Shown one piece after another: positions 9,027 to 18,950 of a stretch of DNA of 64,000 nucleotides. The notes below the pieces were generated by a model. That model did no database searches and had not been told where the DNA came from. It saw only the letters and a list, made by a program, of their open reading frames with translations. Source of the stretch: Candidatus Leptovillus gracilis (lineage in GTDB: Bacteria; Chloroflexota; Anaerolineae; Promineifilales; Promineifilaceae). Both the position numbers and the translations under genes were made by a program. The stretch spans positions 292,863 to 356,862 of the forward strand of contig JADJXA010000025.1 in NCBI GenBank assembly GCA_016716065.1, in the 5' to 3' direction. The stretch's first letter is position 1. Each line of letters opens with the position of its first letter.

Positions 9027-11458
9027 AAAAACGTTGGCTTGTTCTCTTTACTTTGGTTTTGCTGATTGCCGCGGCTTTTACCGTGCAGGCTCAGAGCGAT
9101 GAGCAGCCAGCCGCCCTGGCGACGCCTCTAGGGCCGCAGTTCACCTATCAGGGGCAGCTCAAGGATGAAATGGACGCGCCCATCAACGACACCTGTGACC
9201 TGACGTTTGGCCTGTGGGATGCGGCCAGTGGTGGTGCGCAGGTTGGTTCGGACAGTGTGGTGAGCGGGGTGGCGGTGGCGGAGGGGTATTTTACGGCCGT
9301 TCTCAACACCACCGGTCAGTTTGGCAGCAGCGCCTTCAACGGCGAAGCCCGCTGGCTGGAAACGGCCGTGCGCTGCCCGACCGGCGGCGGCGAATACACC
9401 GCGCTTTCGCCCCGGCAGCCGTTGGACGCCGCGCCGCTTGCCAATTACGCGCTCCGTGCGCCCTGGAACGGGGTGGCCGGCATACCTACCGGCTTCGCCG
9501 ACGGCGTGGACAACGATACCACCTACACCGCCGGGACCGGCTTAACCCTGACCGGCGCTCAGTTCAGCGCCGACCTGAGTCTGATACAGCAGCGCGTGGC
9601 CGGTGTTTGTGGCGCGGGCTTCGCCATTCGCCAGGTAAACGGGGATGGCAGCGTGACGTGTGAACCCGTCACCGGCGGCGGCGCGCATACCCATTGGGGC
9701 GAAAGCTGGAGTGGCAGCGGGACCGGCCTCACCCTTTCCGGCGGCAGCGTTGGCCTTTCGGGCAGCGGCAGCACGGCCGGGGTGTCGGGCACCACCAGCG
9801 TGTCCAATAGTGCGGGCGTGAGCGGCAGCAACAGCGCCACAAGCGGTACTGGCGCAGGCGTATCCGGTCAGTCGGCGGCGACAGATGGGCGAGGGGTAAC
9901 GGGCAGCAATACGGCCGTTACCGGGCAGAACTACGGCGTCTACGGCACGGCCGCCTCTACATCCGGGCGCGGCGTCACCGGTCATGCTACGGCAACCACC
10001 GGCGGCGCTATTGGCGTCACGGGGCAATCTGATTCAACGTCTGGGCGCGGCGTTTACGGCTATGCCTCGGCCGCCAGCGGCACGACCTCTGGCGTCTATG
10101 GGCAGGTTGCTTCCACCGATGGCTGGGCGGGTTACTTCCATACCACCGTCGGCAATGGCCTCTACATCAATGCGCCGGCCGGTAAAGTTGGCCTTAACGT
10201 CGCGGGCGGCGGCTCGGCTCTGGTGAACGGCAACGCCATCTGGCACGCGGGCAACGACGGCGCGGCCTCCGGCCTGGACGCCGATACGCTGGATGGGCAG
10301 CACGCCAGCAGCTTCGCCGCCACAAGCCACAACCATTGGGGCGCAAATTGGAGTGGAACAGGAACTGGCATATCGCTTAGTGGCAGCGGAACCGGCATCT
10401 ACGCCACCGTTTCTTCAGAGATGGGGGTTGGGTTTTATGGAGTTGCCAGCTCATCTACCGGCACTGGCATTGGCGTTCTGGGCCGGACAGCTTCGACGGG
10501 CGGCTATGGCGTGTGGGGAGATGCGAACGCTACCAGCGGCGAAGCCTATGGCGTTTATGGAACGACTGACTCACCGGATGGCGCCGGGCTATATGGCTCG
10601 AATAGCTCCCCATCTGGGAATGGGATTGGCGTGTATGGCATAACTGCATCGGCAAATGAAGGCGCTGGCGTTTATGGCGAAACGGGATCATCGATTGGTT
10701 ATGGGGTTTATGGTCACAATACGGCCACGCAAGCACAAGCCTACGGCGTATATGGCCGATCCGAGTCGGTGTATGGGATTGGTGTACAGGGGAATGCTAA
10801 CTACATAGGCGCAGAGGGTCTCGCCGCTCGGTTTGGCGTGATTGGGTACGGATACGCAGACAATGGGATTGGCGTGCGCGGATCCGGGGGTCAAATTGGC
10901 GTGGAGGGATACAGTTCTGATGGGATTGGCGTGGAGGGATACAGTAGTGATGGGGTTGCCCTGGCTGCTACTGGCACTGGCGTCATCAGCTCCACCGCTG
11001 ACACGGCCATCTACCTCAGCCCCTTTACCGCCACGCGCCGCGACGCTTTCACCGATCTGACCTTCACCCCGCTGGATAACGGCGGCGTGCGCGTGAAAAA
11101 GGTGGGCGCAGCCACCGGGGAGCGGTTGGTGGTCTTGCCGATCTCTGCTGCCGGCATGGTCTTCGGAACACCCGTGTACGTCAAATCGCTGGAGATTTGC
11201 TACAAAACCAGCGCGGTCGCCGGTTACATCACCGGAACTGGTATGTACAAAGGGAATGGCGAAAGTTATGCCACCTATCTGAGCAACGGCACAGATTACA
11301 ACAGCACCACCCGGACATGCTATACGATCAACGCGGCGACCCGCGCCGTGATTGATAATTCGAGCTACGTGCAGTTACACCTTTACTTCAACAACACCAC
11401 CGAACCCGAAATTACCATTTTCACGGTCAAACTAACTTTGAGCGAGTTGCCCGAATAA
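9023..11458 (+). CDS. Secreted glycine-rich repeat protein, tail-fibre/surface-fibre-like
   Basis: Signal peptide MKKRWLVLFTLVLLIAAAFTVQAQS. N-terminal FTYQGQLKD...DLTFGLWDAASGGAQVG motif. Two internal blocks H(T/N)HWG(E/A)(S/N)WSG(S/T)GTG(L/I)(T/S)LSG, each followed by dozens of G-x-GV(Y/T)G repeats. Confidence 0.75.
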   Translation: MKKRWLVLFTLVLLIAAAFTVQAQSDEQPAALATPLGPQFTYQGQLKDEMDAPINDTCDLTFGLWDAASGGAQVGSDSVVSGVAVAEGYFTAVLNTTGQFGSSAFNGEARWLETAVRCPTGGGEYTALSPRQPLDAAPLANYALRAPWNGVAGIPTGFADGVDNDTTYTAGTGLTLTGAQFSADLSLIQQRVAGVCGAGFAIRQVNGDGSVTCEPVTGGGAHTHWGESWSGSGTGLTLSGGSVGLSGSGSTAGVSGTTSVSNSAGVSGSNSATSGTGAGVSGQSAATDGRGVTGSNTAVTGQNYGVYGTAASTSGRGVTGHATATTGGAIGVTGQSDSTSGRGVYGYASAASGTTSGVYGQVASTDGWAGYFHTTVGNGLYINAPAGKVGLNVAGGGSALVNGNAIWHAGNDGAASGLDADTLDGQHASSFAATSHNHWGANWSGTGTGISLSGSGTGIYATVSSEMGVGFYGVASSSTGTGIGVLGRTASTGGYGVWGDANATSGEAYGVYGTTDSPDGAGLYGSNSSPSGNGIGVYGITASANEGAGVYGETGSSIGYGVYGHNTATQAQAYGVYGRSESVYGIGVQGNANYIGAEGLAARFGVIGYGYADNGIGVRGSGGQIGVEGYSSDGIGVEGYSSDGVALAATGTGVISSTADTAIYLSPFTATRRDAFTDLTFTPLDNGGVRVKKVGAATGERLVVLPISAAGMVFGTPVYVKSLEICYKTSAVAGYITGTGMYKGNGESYATYLSNGTDYNSTTRTCYTINAATRAVIDNSSYVQLHLYFNNTTEPEITIFTVKLTLSELPE

Positions 11459-11558
11459 GGGCAGGACTAACAGGCTGGTGAAATGCTCTGTTAACAAAAA
11501 TATTCTCACCGAAAGGGGACAAGCATGAAGAAGCTCATTATTTTAGGAATGGAAGTTA

Positions 11559-11760
11559 AATAACTTACGCATTTAGATCGGACCAATCTCAGAAGATTGG
11601 TCCAATCTAAAGATACTGCTGGCGAATTCAAAACCGGTCAAAAAACAGGTGATGAAACAACCAGATTTTGATCGTTTTTAACCTTGAAACAACTCATGTT
11701 TCTGGTTTTTGGAGCGATAAGACAATTCGCCAGCAGTATCATCTAAATGCGTAAGTTATT
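11559..11760. mobile_element. MITE-like element or large structured hairpin with about 37-nt terminal inverted repeats
   Basis: The left arm is aataacttacgcatttagat[...]gatactgctggcgaatt (11559-11627). The right arm is aattcgccagcagtatcatctaaatgcgtaagttatt (11724-11760). The left arm carries an extra nested hairpin ggaccaatct-caga-agattggtcc. There is no ORF inside. Confidence 0.45.
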
Positions 11761-12239
11761 CAATTCTCGTTCCTAAGGCACCAGGCGGCTTAAAGCGCCT
11801 GGCGTCACGGCCGTCTCTTAAGCTGTGTCTACGCCTGAACTGCCTGGAATCGTTCGGCAGGTGGCGATTGGCCTGCCTCTCCACAAGCTCTCCGGCCTGC
11901 TCTGCATTCCGGGAAGCTCGTCCGGTCTATGCGAAGAGATTTTCGCCAAGCCCCCATTACTGCTATTCGGCTACCGGGATTTGCCGCTTGACCAGCGTGT
12001 TAACATCACCAACGGCTAACGGCCGCCATTGACCTGCCGTCGCGGCTTTGCGCTTCCTCGGAATTGGGTGCGCCGTCGTCAGGATACGCGAAGGGCTGGA
12101 GCGCACCATCCGGTCGCCGGATGAAACTGGCGACACGCTCTTGAGATACAGCCGTCGCAGGTATCCGGCGCGCAGCGTGTGGCTGCGGCCACCTTACTGC
12201 CGCCGCGCCAGTGCCAACCTGGAGGCAAAACCGATGGAG

Positions 12240-12527
12240 TCAGGGAATTCGCGTCACCCCATCTGGCGGGGTGACGGGGATGAGGCGATTGTTGCCGTCC
12301 AGTTGAATATGCTCCTGCTGAAGCAAGATGTCTACCAGATAATCCACATCCTTACGGCGCTGGGAGGCGAAACGGCCGTATTCGGCAAAGCTGGTATCCT
12401 GCCAGGACCTGGCTCCGACCAACATCTTGGCCAGGCCGCTGCGGGTGAACTGGCCGGGATAGCGGCGGACGACATCCAGGATAGTCTGCTGCCAGGGCGA
12501 GAGTTGGTCTACGGGAAAATGGGGCAT
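12240..12527 (-). CDS. Small RQC-like winged-helix DNA-binding protein
   Basis: LSPWQQTILDVVRRYPGQFTRSGLAKMLVGARSWQ...YGRFASQRRKDVDYLVDILLQQEHIQLD resembles RecQ-C-terminal-type wHTH stand-alone proteins. Family assignment is from memory. Confidence 0.55.
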   Translation of the reverse strand: MPHFPVDQLSPWQQTILDVVRRYPGQFTRSGLAKMLVGARSWQDTSFAEYGRFASQRRKDVDYLVDILLQQEHIQLDGNNRLIPVTPPDGVTRIP

Positions 12528-12667
12528 ACAGGGCTTGTCTTACTTTTTATGAGGAATGCTGCCCAACCACGGGCTAAGGCGCTAAAAAGGGCAAAACGGC
12601 CGTTTACCGGGCCGCCCTGCCCCAGGACTTAAATCGTCTCCAACGTTACTGCGACCACTCTCCGCTT

Positions 12668-13480
12668 CTAAAAAGGCAAATCATCGCCAGTAGCGCCGGT
12701 GATACGCCGATACCACTCTGTCAGCCACCCCATGGCGCGCTCGAACTTGTTGGCCGGCAGCAACTTATAGCTGGTGATACCAAATTCGCGATACAGTTGG
12801 CCATAGATCGCCGGGTATTCATTCTTTTTCGTGCGTTTTTCGATCTCGAAAGCGATGGCTTTGACGGCCTGACTGATCTGCATCGCCTGATCCGGGGTGA
12901 TATTGCGGCCGGGATCGCCCAGGGTGGATTCCAGTTCTTCAAGACGCTGCTCGTGAGCGGCAAGCTGTGTGGTATGCGTACTCAACTGCGCTTCCAGCAC
13001 AAGCTGCTGCCGGGCCATTCGCATGATGGCTTCCGCAATCTTGTAGGCTTGGGCCGCCGGCGTGTCGCTGGCTAACAAATCATCAAAACTGGGATCGGCC
13101 GTTAACCGACCGGCGACAAAGGCTTCGGCCAGGACGTCGTAACATTCACGCTGATACCGGACAACACGCTCGCGCAGTTCCGGCTTCACTCGACTGGCGC
13201 TAATGCCAAATAGCCAACCGGGAATAAACTTCAGCGGCAGACAAAGCATCTCTCTGGCTTGCTGTGTAAGCGTAACACTTACAGAGGTCATTTCCTCCGA
13301 CAGCACCGGGTCGCGGATAATGCGTTCACGCTGCCCGGCCAGCGCCACGCCCAGGTTATCACAGATAGGCCTGATCGGGACGTAAATGTCACCATCAACC
13401 AGGCGTACAGCCATGATAATATCCTCGTAAAACGCAACTTCTTTTTGCTCAACGGGAACAAGTGATTTTGATTCGCTCAT
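12668..13480 (-). CDS. Phage antirepressor-like protein (P22 Ant N-terminal domain type)
   Basis: VAFYEDIIMAVRLVDGDIYVPIRPICDNLGVALAGQRERI...LPLKFIPGWLFGISASRVKPELRERVVRYQRECYDVLAEAF matches the antirepressor N-terminal pattern. The C-terminus is coiled-coil. Confidence 0.7.
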   Translation of the reverse strand: MSESKSLVPVEQKEVAFYEDIIMAVRLVDGDIYVPIRPICDNLGVALAGQRERIIRDPVLSEEMTSVSVTLTQQAREMLCLPLKFIPGWLFGISASRVKPELRERVVRYQRECYDVLAEAFVAGRLTADPSFDDLLASDTPAAQAYKIAEAIMRMARQQLVLEAQLSTHTTQLAAHEQRLEELESTLGDPGRNITPDQAMQISQAVKAIAFEIEKRTKKNEYPAIYGQLYREFGITSYKLLPANKFERAMGWLTEWYRRITGATGDDLPF

Positions 13481-13541
13481 AGGTTCACCCGCCTCGCGTA
13501 TTGACCTGACTGCAATACGCTAATTTTTTATCTGTTTTTAT

Positions 13542-13931
13542 TTACTGGCTGGTCCAGTGGCTTTTTTTCGCCTCGCCGCGCACGTCGACCACTTCAATTT
13601 CCGGCTTGACGCCGTTGTCAAGCGCCGCCAGACCATAATCGATGAGCCAACGAAACAACTCGGCCTGACTGACGCCCAACTCTTTGGCTTTGCGCCTGAT
13701 GTACTGCAACTGCGCCGGCGGCACAAGGATTTGTTTGCGCATGTATTGCCCCGCCATTGTTTTGTCACCGGTGGCGACGGCAATGTCTCTGGCATTCACC
13801 GCCAAATCTTCAGTAAACGATTTACTGCGCGCGCGGGCCGATTGGGATTGCGCGGCTTTTGACGGGGAGACCGCCTGATCATCCAGGCTGTCAACCAGTT
13901 TGTCCGGATCGGTAAAGCTTTTCCTAGCCAT
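13542..13931 (-). CDS. Ribbon-helix-helix centromere-binding partition protein (ParG/CopG-like ParB analogue)
   Basis: Start MARKSF overlaps the parA stop (ATGGCTAG). The C-terminal ILVPPAQLQYIRRKAKELGVSQAELFRWLIDYGL has an RHH pattern. Its position immediately downstream of ParA supports the call. Confidence 0.6.
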   Translation of the reverse strand: MARKSFTDPDKLVDSLDDQAVSPSKAAQSQSARARSKSFTEDLAVNARDIAVATGDKTMAGQYMRKQILVPPAQLQYIRRKAKELGVSQAELFRWLIDYGLAALDNGVKPEIEVVDVRGEAKKSHWTSQ

Positions 13932-14811
13932 GATACACTCTCTCCACCAGGTCCTGATAGGCTTCGGCCGGAGCCGACCCTGGCGCGTATTCAAACACAG
14001 TCAAGCCACCCACGGCCGGCCCTTCCTTGATGTAAACGCTTTCGGGAATAGGCGTCGCCACCCGGCTGTCGCCATACCGACTACGCAGCATCTCCAAAGT
14101 TTGTTCGGCTAAGACCTGACGCGGGCGCATCATTGTCGGGACGACGTAGGAAATTTTAACCTTCAAATCATGTTCCTTAATCATACGGACAATGTCATCG
14201 GTATGCTGCTGGGCGCCAATGGCGCTGAGGCGATCCACCTTTACCGGGACGACCACCTCATTGGCAAATTCGTAGACCGCCCTTTTTAATGCGTCCAGAT
14301 TAGGCGGACAGTCCACGACGATGAACTCAAAATTGTGCGCGATCCGCCGCAGCCTATCGGACAATATTGTATCCAGTTGTCGCGCCGGCGCGAGCTTCTT
14401 TCGCCCTTGACTGAGCGTAGCCTGGTAAGAAGAGATGGAATCAATAGCGGCGATGTTGTCTACAGCAAAGTTCAGTTCGCGGGTCGCCGGGGATAAAAAA
14501 AGATTAGGCCGCGGCAAGTTGTCCGGCGAGCGATCCAGGCTCACCACAAATTCGCGTGCATGACAATTTTCATCATTGAAGAGATTGCTCAAACAGGCCC
14601 CTTCCGGGTTTTTTGCGGCATCAAAGATACGCTCGCGCACGCCGAAGAAATCGGCCTGATTCCCCTGACTGTCCAGATCCACTATCAATACCCTGCCGGC
14701 TTTTTCACCGTTGACCATCAACTTGCGCGACAAGCCATAAGCCAGATTCCCGGCCGTAGTCGTTTTGGCGACCCCGCCTTTGTTGTTGGCAACAGCTATA
14801 ATCCGTGTCAT
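13924..14811 (-). CDS. parA: ParA/Soj-family partition ATPase
   Basis: Deviant Walker A IIAVANNKGGVAKTTT and Walker A' VLIVDLDSQGN. Length 295 aa. Confidence 0.9.
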   Translation of the reverse strand: MTRIIAVANNKGGVAKTTTAGNLAYGLSRKLMVNGEKAGRVLIVDLDSQGNQADFFGVRERIFDAAKNPEGACLSNLFNDENCHAREFVVSLDRSPDNLPRPNLFLSPATRELNFAVDNIAAIDSISSYQATLSQGRKKLAPARQLDTILSDRLRRIAHNFEFIVVDCPPNLDALKRAVYEFANEVVVPVKVDRLSAIGAQQHTDDIVRMIKEHDLKVKISYVVPTMMRPRQVLAEQTLEMLRSRYGDSRVATPIPESVYIKEGPAVGGLTVFEYAPGSAPAEAYQDLVERVYHG

Positions 14812-14832
14812 GTTAAAGCTCCTTTGTGATAA

Positions 14833-14896
14833 TTGAAGTCAATTGACTTCATGGTAACTTCATGATGAAGTCAATAGTAGTTCACATGACTTCAAT
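14833..14896. promoter_or_regulatory. parS-like operator/centromere repeats upstream of parA
   Basis: Perfect 18-bp palindrome tgaagtcaattgacttca (14834-14851), plus further half-sites tgaagtcaat (14866-14875) and catgacttcaat (14885-14896), all within 90 bp of the parA start. Confidence 0.55.
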
Positions 14897-15351
14897 TTGC
14901 AAGTGATTGACTAATTTGGTTTTGCGGCCGGAAAATTTTGGCGAACTTTTGCTTAGAACGGCTTGTAGCGCGCGATACGAAGAATCCAAAAAAAGATGAC
15001 ACCCCCTCGGACGCAGCACATTTCGGGAAAGATGGGAACAAAAGGAGCGGGGTGGGGGAACACAGATGGCCAATAATCGCCGCGGCAGGCCGCCACTTCG
15101 TCCGTCTGCCGTAGGACAAGAACGCGCTTGTTCGTCAACCCGAACGCTGCCCGGCATCAGGGGGGAGCAGCAGAAAGTTGGGAACAAAGTGAAACGGGAC
15201 TTCGCATAGGACTGCTGTAGTTAAACACCAACTGCATCGAGGAAAATGGGGGCTGTGGTCAGAGACGGACAATGATCACCGGCAGGCTATCACCACCGGC
15301 ATCGTCAACCAGTGGAACAATAGCCGACGCATGGTTACAATCAAGGGTAGG

Positions 15352-15603
15352 ATGAACAACCTGACTCCCACCCTCCACGACAACGCCCTGGCCTGGGCCA
15401 AAGCCTATTATCAGACCGACAAGGTCGTCGTCGCCATTATCCAGGAAGAAGGCGACGAACCCGACCGCTACCTGGCCCTCATCGCCGCCGCCAATCAGAC
15501 CGGCTGGCAAGCGGCCGAAGTGTGGCTGGAAGACGGGGCCGTGGTGACGATCAACGACCTGGGGGAGGGGATACCGCCTGATGGTGCGACCTGGCCCTGG
15601 TGA
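15352..15603 (+). CDS. Small hypothetical protein
   Basis: MNNLTPTLHDNALAWAKAYYQTDKVVVAIIQEEGDEPDRYLALIAAANQTGWQAAEVWLEDGAVV has protein-like composition. RBS-like aagggtagg lies upstream. The ORF is open from 15331. Confidence 0.45.
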   Translation: MNNLTPTLHDNALAWAKAYYQTDKVVVAIIQEEGDEPDRYLALIAAANQTGWQAAEVWLEDGAVVTINDLGEGIPPDGATWPW

Positions 15604-15987
15604 AGGGTGTGCTACAGGGTGGGGGAGAGGTAGCAAGTGATTCCTGGGCTACAGCCAGCGACTTGCCATCATCCAAATTCCACAAACAGCCTGTCCCGGT
15701 TGGACCCCTCTCACCACATTCCCCATCCCAGCCCTGAGCCTCACCTCTGCGGCTAGAAGCTGCCATACAGGGCGGGGAACATTTCTCTTTGGGGCCTCAG
15801 GCCCCTGTTTGCAGCCGCCACAAGCTGCCTTCCAGGTCGAATTCAAAGCTGACCACGGCAGCGCGGTCGCGCTTGCCACAATGGGCCGTGCGAAAGGCCC
15901 AATAGAGATTGGCAAAGGTGTGGATGGGCAGGTAGAGGTTTTTGCATGTTTTCATCAAACTGTAGGACGATTTGATGCCAAGTAAAA

Positions 15988-16045
15988 GTAGCTGCGCTAT
16001 CCTTACCGCACTTATGCAAACGAGGTATACGGATAGCGCGGCTAC
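15988..16045 (-). terminator. Stem-loop downstream of the FGE-domain gene
   Basis: gtagctgcgctatcc (15988-16002) and ggatagcgcggctac (16031-16045) form a 15-bp stem with one mismatch. On the minus strand it is followed by ttttactt. Confidence 0.4.
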
Positions 16046-16145
16046 AGAATTTGAAGTGCTGGGGGAGAACCCCCAAGCAATGCCCGGCATTGCCGACCCC
16101 ACGCAGAAGAAGATCAGAAAAACCAGAAACCAGTAGAACAGAAAT

Positions 16146-17057
16146 TCATTCTCCTGAGGACGACGCGCACCGGAACCCGAGGAAATCGAACTGGACCGGG
16201 GGAGTGCCGCCGTCCCGGTTCGAGGTGGTGAGGTAGTACCAATTGCCGGACCAACCGCCCCCGCGCGGTACCTTGAACGTACCCATTTGCGGCCCCAGCG
16301 GGTTGCTATAGGGTGAACTACTATAATAAGTGCGGCCATACCAGTCATTAACCCATTCCCAAACATTGCCGGCCATGTCCAGCGCCCCATACTGGCTGGC
16401 CCCGGCCGGGTAGCTGCCAACGGCGCTGGTATCGCCCACGCAGTCGCTGCCTGTGGGGTTGTTATAACTGTTAGCCAGGGTGCAGTTCGGGTCGCCATCC
16501 CCCCAGGGATAGGCGCGAATCGTCGTGCCTCGCGCCGCCTTCTCCCACTCCGCTTCGGTGGGCAGCCGTTTGCCCGCCCAGGCACAGTAAGCCTGCGCCT
16601 GGTACCAGTTCACCCGAATCACCGGGTAATCGGCATAGGTAGGGTTGTCGTAGTAAGAGGGGCGTGTGTAGGAGGAATTGTCAGCGGGCGGCATACACGC
16701 CCCGGCAGTCACGCATGGCGCGTATTCGGCGTTGGTCACCTCCGTCGTGTCTATGTAGTAGGCGTCCAGGTACACCGCGTGCAGCGGCAGTTCATGTGAC
16801 GGGCAGTTGCTATACATCCCGTTGTGGTCGGGGTGGCAGCCCATCTGGAACTCCCCGGCCGGTACGTAGACCATCTCAGCAAGGAGCCGGATATTTATGA
16901 TAACCGGCAGAAAGAGATCGTTATTTGTCGTCGGATCTCTTTGTGTGTCGCTGGTAGATGACCCTGGCACTGCTCCAGAGAGAGGCAGTATTGGCAAGAG
17001 AATAGAGGTGAGTGAAAACAGAGTGATAAACGAGTAAATGTGAGAAAAACGCTTCAT
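16146..17057 (-). CDS. Secreted formylglycine-generating-enzyme (SUMF1/FGE-sulfatase) domain protein
   Basis: [24 protein letters not shown] signal. [64 protein letters not shown] and RGGGWS are FGE-family motifs. Confidence 0.85.
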   Translation of the reverse strand: MKRFSHIYSFITLFSLTSILLPILPLSGAVPGSSTSDTQRDPTTNNDLFLPVIINIRLLAEMVYVPAGEFQMGCHPDHNGMYSNCPSHELPLHAVYLDAYYIDTTEVTNAEYAPCVTAGACMPPADNSSYTRPSYYDNPTYADYPVIRVNWYQAQAYCAWAGKRLPTEAEWEKAARGTTIRAYPWGDGDPNCTLANSYNNPTGSDCVGDTSAVGSYPAGASQYGALDMAGNVWEWVNDWYGRTYYSSSPYSNPLGPQMGTFKVPRGGGWSGNWYYLTTSNRDGGTPPVQFDFLGFRCASSSGE

Positions 17058-17441
17058 GGCTATTCCTCCAGTTCTCGAAAGGGAGATGGCGGGTGGCAAA
17101 ACGCGCCAATAAGACAACAGTATACCATGAAACGAACCGGTTTAAGCAGCTACTTTGTGAAGACAAGAACAAAGCGCAGGCGCTGTCAACGCACAGATAT
17201 AAGGCGTTGGGGATGCTGCAGCAATCAGCGATCACCATGCACCAAGACACTCATCGCCTCATTTTGTCTGTCGTATTAACCCATTCCAACTCCACTTTTG
17301 CGCCAGCCTGACCTGTGGAATAGCCCAACGGCCGTATCCCCATCCACCAGCCATCTGCCCCTGGCCATCCTTCACCAATAGCAAAGCAATCCCTCTCCCC
17401 TTTAAACGGCGGTCAACCAGATCCCCTCTCGCGCCAGCCTC

Positions 17442-18935
17442 CTACACGTCCTGCCCCGGCAGCGGATACCAGACCCACCCGCCGCAGCAGCGACACCGCC
17501 CGCGCCAGTAGCGCATACCGCCTTCCTGCCGCAGCGCCCGCGCCACGGCCGTTCCCCCGGCATAATACCGACGTGGCGGCTTGCCCTCCGAACGGCCGTT
17601 CCCCGCATCCCCTTGTCGTCGCAGGTCTACCGCCCGGCGGCCTTGCCGCCCGTATTGTCGTCTATTGGGTCGCCGGCCCATCCGCCGGTGGGGGCCGACG
17701 TAGCTGTTGGGCAGCTGCCGCGCCTGGTAACGCGCTCCCGGACGGCCGTGCCGCCCGGCCACGTCGTGGAAGGCAAAAGCGCCACGCCCATACTGCCAGG
17801 CCATCTCCTCCTCGCCCGCGTCGGTGAGCGGCGCGCCGAGGGCGAAGTTGGCCTGGCTGCGCACCCCGGCCTGCGCCTCGTAACGCTGCTGCGTCCGCCG
17901 GCTCACCCCGCTGAGTTCGACCAGCGCCGCCCGGCTAATGGGCGGACCAGGAGGTCTGCCAGGTGGGCTGGAAAACGCACCAGTCGCGCCGGACGCTCGC
18001 GGGCCATGTCCCGACAGAACATCGGTGTCACCACCCGTTCGCGCCGAGTGGAAGCTGGCGTAGAAGTGGGCCTTGACCACGCTCAGGCTGGCCAGCAGGT
18101 CGGCCAGCGGCAGGGCCACCCGCCGCTCGCCCAACTGTTCCACGCCCAGCGCCGCCGCCACCCGCTCCGGCCGGTAGAGCCAGATACGGCCGTCTTCCCC
18201 CGTCACCCACTGCCAGAACAGCCCATCCCCCCGCGCCAGCAGCAGCCGCAAGTAGCGCTCGTGGTAGAGGCAGAGTGGGGAAGCGGGGTCGGTCAGGTGG
18301 GCGACGGCCGTTTGTTTGTTTATCCACCCCCGTCCGGCCGCGTCCAGATGGCGCAGCAGCAGCCACAACCGCCCCTCGGCCGCCCGCTCTTCCCGCAAGA
18401 ACGCCAGGACCAGAGCGGGAAGAAGAATGATTGCGGATTGCGGATTTCGGATTTCGGATTGGGGAGTGTCGAGTGCGGTGGGAGGATTGGGGAATGTGGC
18501 GTGGGGGTCTCTGCCTGCGGGCATAGCTCCGGCCGCCACCGCCTCTCCCTCGTTGACAATTGGCAGTTGGCTATCGGCAATTGACCATTGCCGCAGGTGC
18601 GCGGTAACGGCCGTGCTTTCCCAGCCCAGATGTGGCGGTAGGTTTTCGACAATAGCCGGCAAGGCGCTCTCTGGCGCAAAATCGGCCGTTGGCGACTGCG
18701 GGTCGGCAAAGCCGGTGCGTGACTCACCCGTCAGCCGCACGGCCGTTGCCGGCAATTCTGGATGCCTTTCCACCGCCGTCGCGTTCGCCTCCCCGACGCG
18801 CCCCAGTATCCGGCGCAGCGCCAGCAGACGTTTGTTGGCCGCCATCAGGTCGGGAGAAGGGGAGGGGGAGACGTTTCGCATAGGACTACAGAGCGAAAGG
18901 CCGAAAGTCAGGTGTGGCTGACGGCTGACGGCCAC
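17442..18935 (-). CDS. HTH-containing Rep-like protein of the mobile module (function inferred from context)
   Basis: 497-aa ORF. The start may be the internal MRNVSPSP at 18881. Contains GRLWLLLRHLDAAGRGW and an HTH-like ISRAALVELSGVSRRTQQRYEAQAG, with an Arg-rich C-terminus. It lies directly beside the iteron arrays and has a paralog at 1..1183. Confidence 0.6.
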   Translation of the reverse strand: MAVSRQPHLTFGLSLCSPMRNVSPSPSPDLMAANKRLLALRRILGRVGEANATAVERHPELPATAVRLTGESRTGFADPQSPTADFAPESALPAIVENLPPHLGWESTAVTAHLRQWSIADSQLPIVNEGEAVAAGAMPAGRDPHATFPNPPTALDTPQSEIRNPQSAIILLPALVLAFLREERAAEGRLWLLLRHLDAAGRGWINKQTAVAHLTDPASPLCLYHERYLRLLLARGDGLFWQWVTGEDGRIWLYRPERVAAALGVEQLGERRVALPLADLLASLSVVKAHFYASFHSARTGGDTDVLSGHGPRASGATGAFSSPPGRPPGPPISRAALVELSGVSRRTQQRYEAQAGVRSQANFALGAPLTDAGEEEMAWQYGRGAFAFHDVAGRHGRPGARYQARQLPNSYVGPHRRMGRRPNRRQYGRQGRRAVDLRRQGDAGNGRSEGKPPRRYYAGGTAVARALRQEGGMRYWRGRCRCCGGWVWYPLPGQDV

Positions 18936-18950
18936 ACAAAGCCGCCGCTC

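Noticed and set aside
12048-12632. 194-aa plus-strand ORF
   Set aside because: It overlaps the minus-strand RQC-like wHTH gene, whose sequence looks like a real domain. The plus-strand product is Arg/Gly-rich filler.
15797-16585. 262-aa minus-strand ORF overlapping the FGE-domain gene in another frame
   Set aside because: The FGE frame carries all family motifs. The alternative frame is Pro/Arg/Ala-rich. Only its 3' AT-rich tail (about 15.85-16.14 kb) is unexplained and shows no convincing coding signal.
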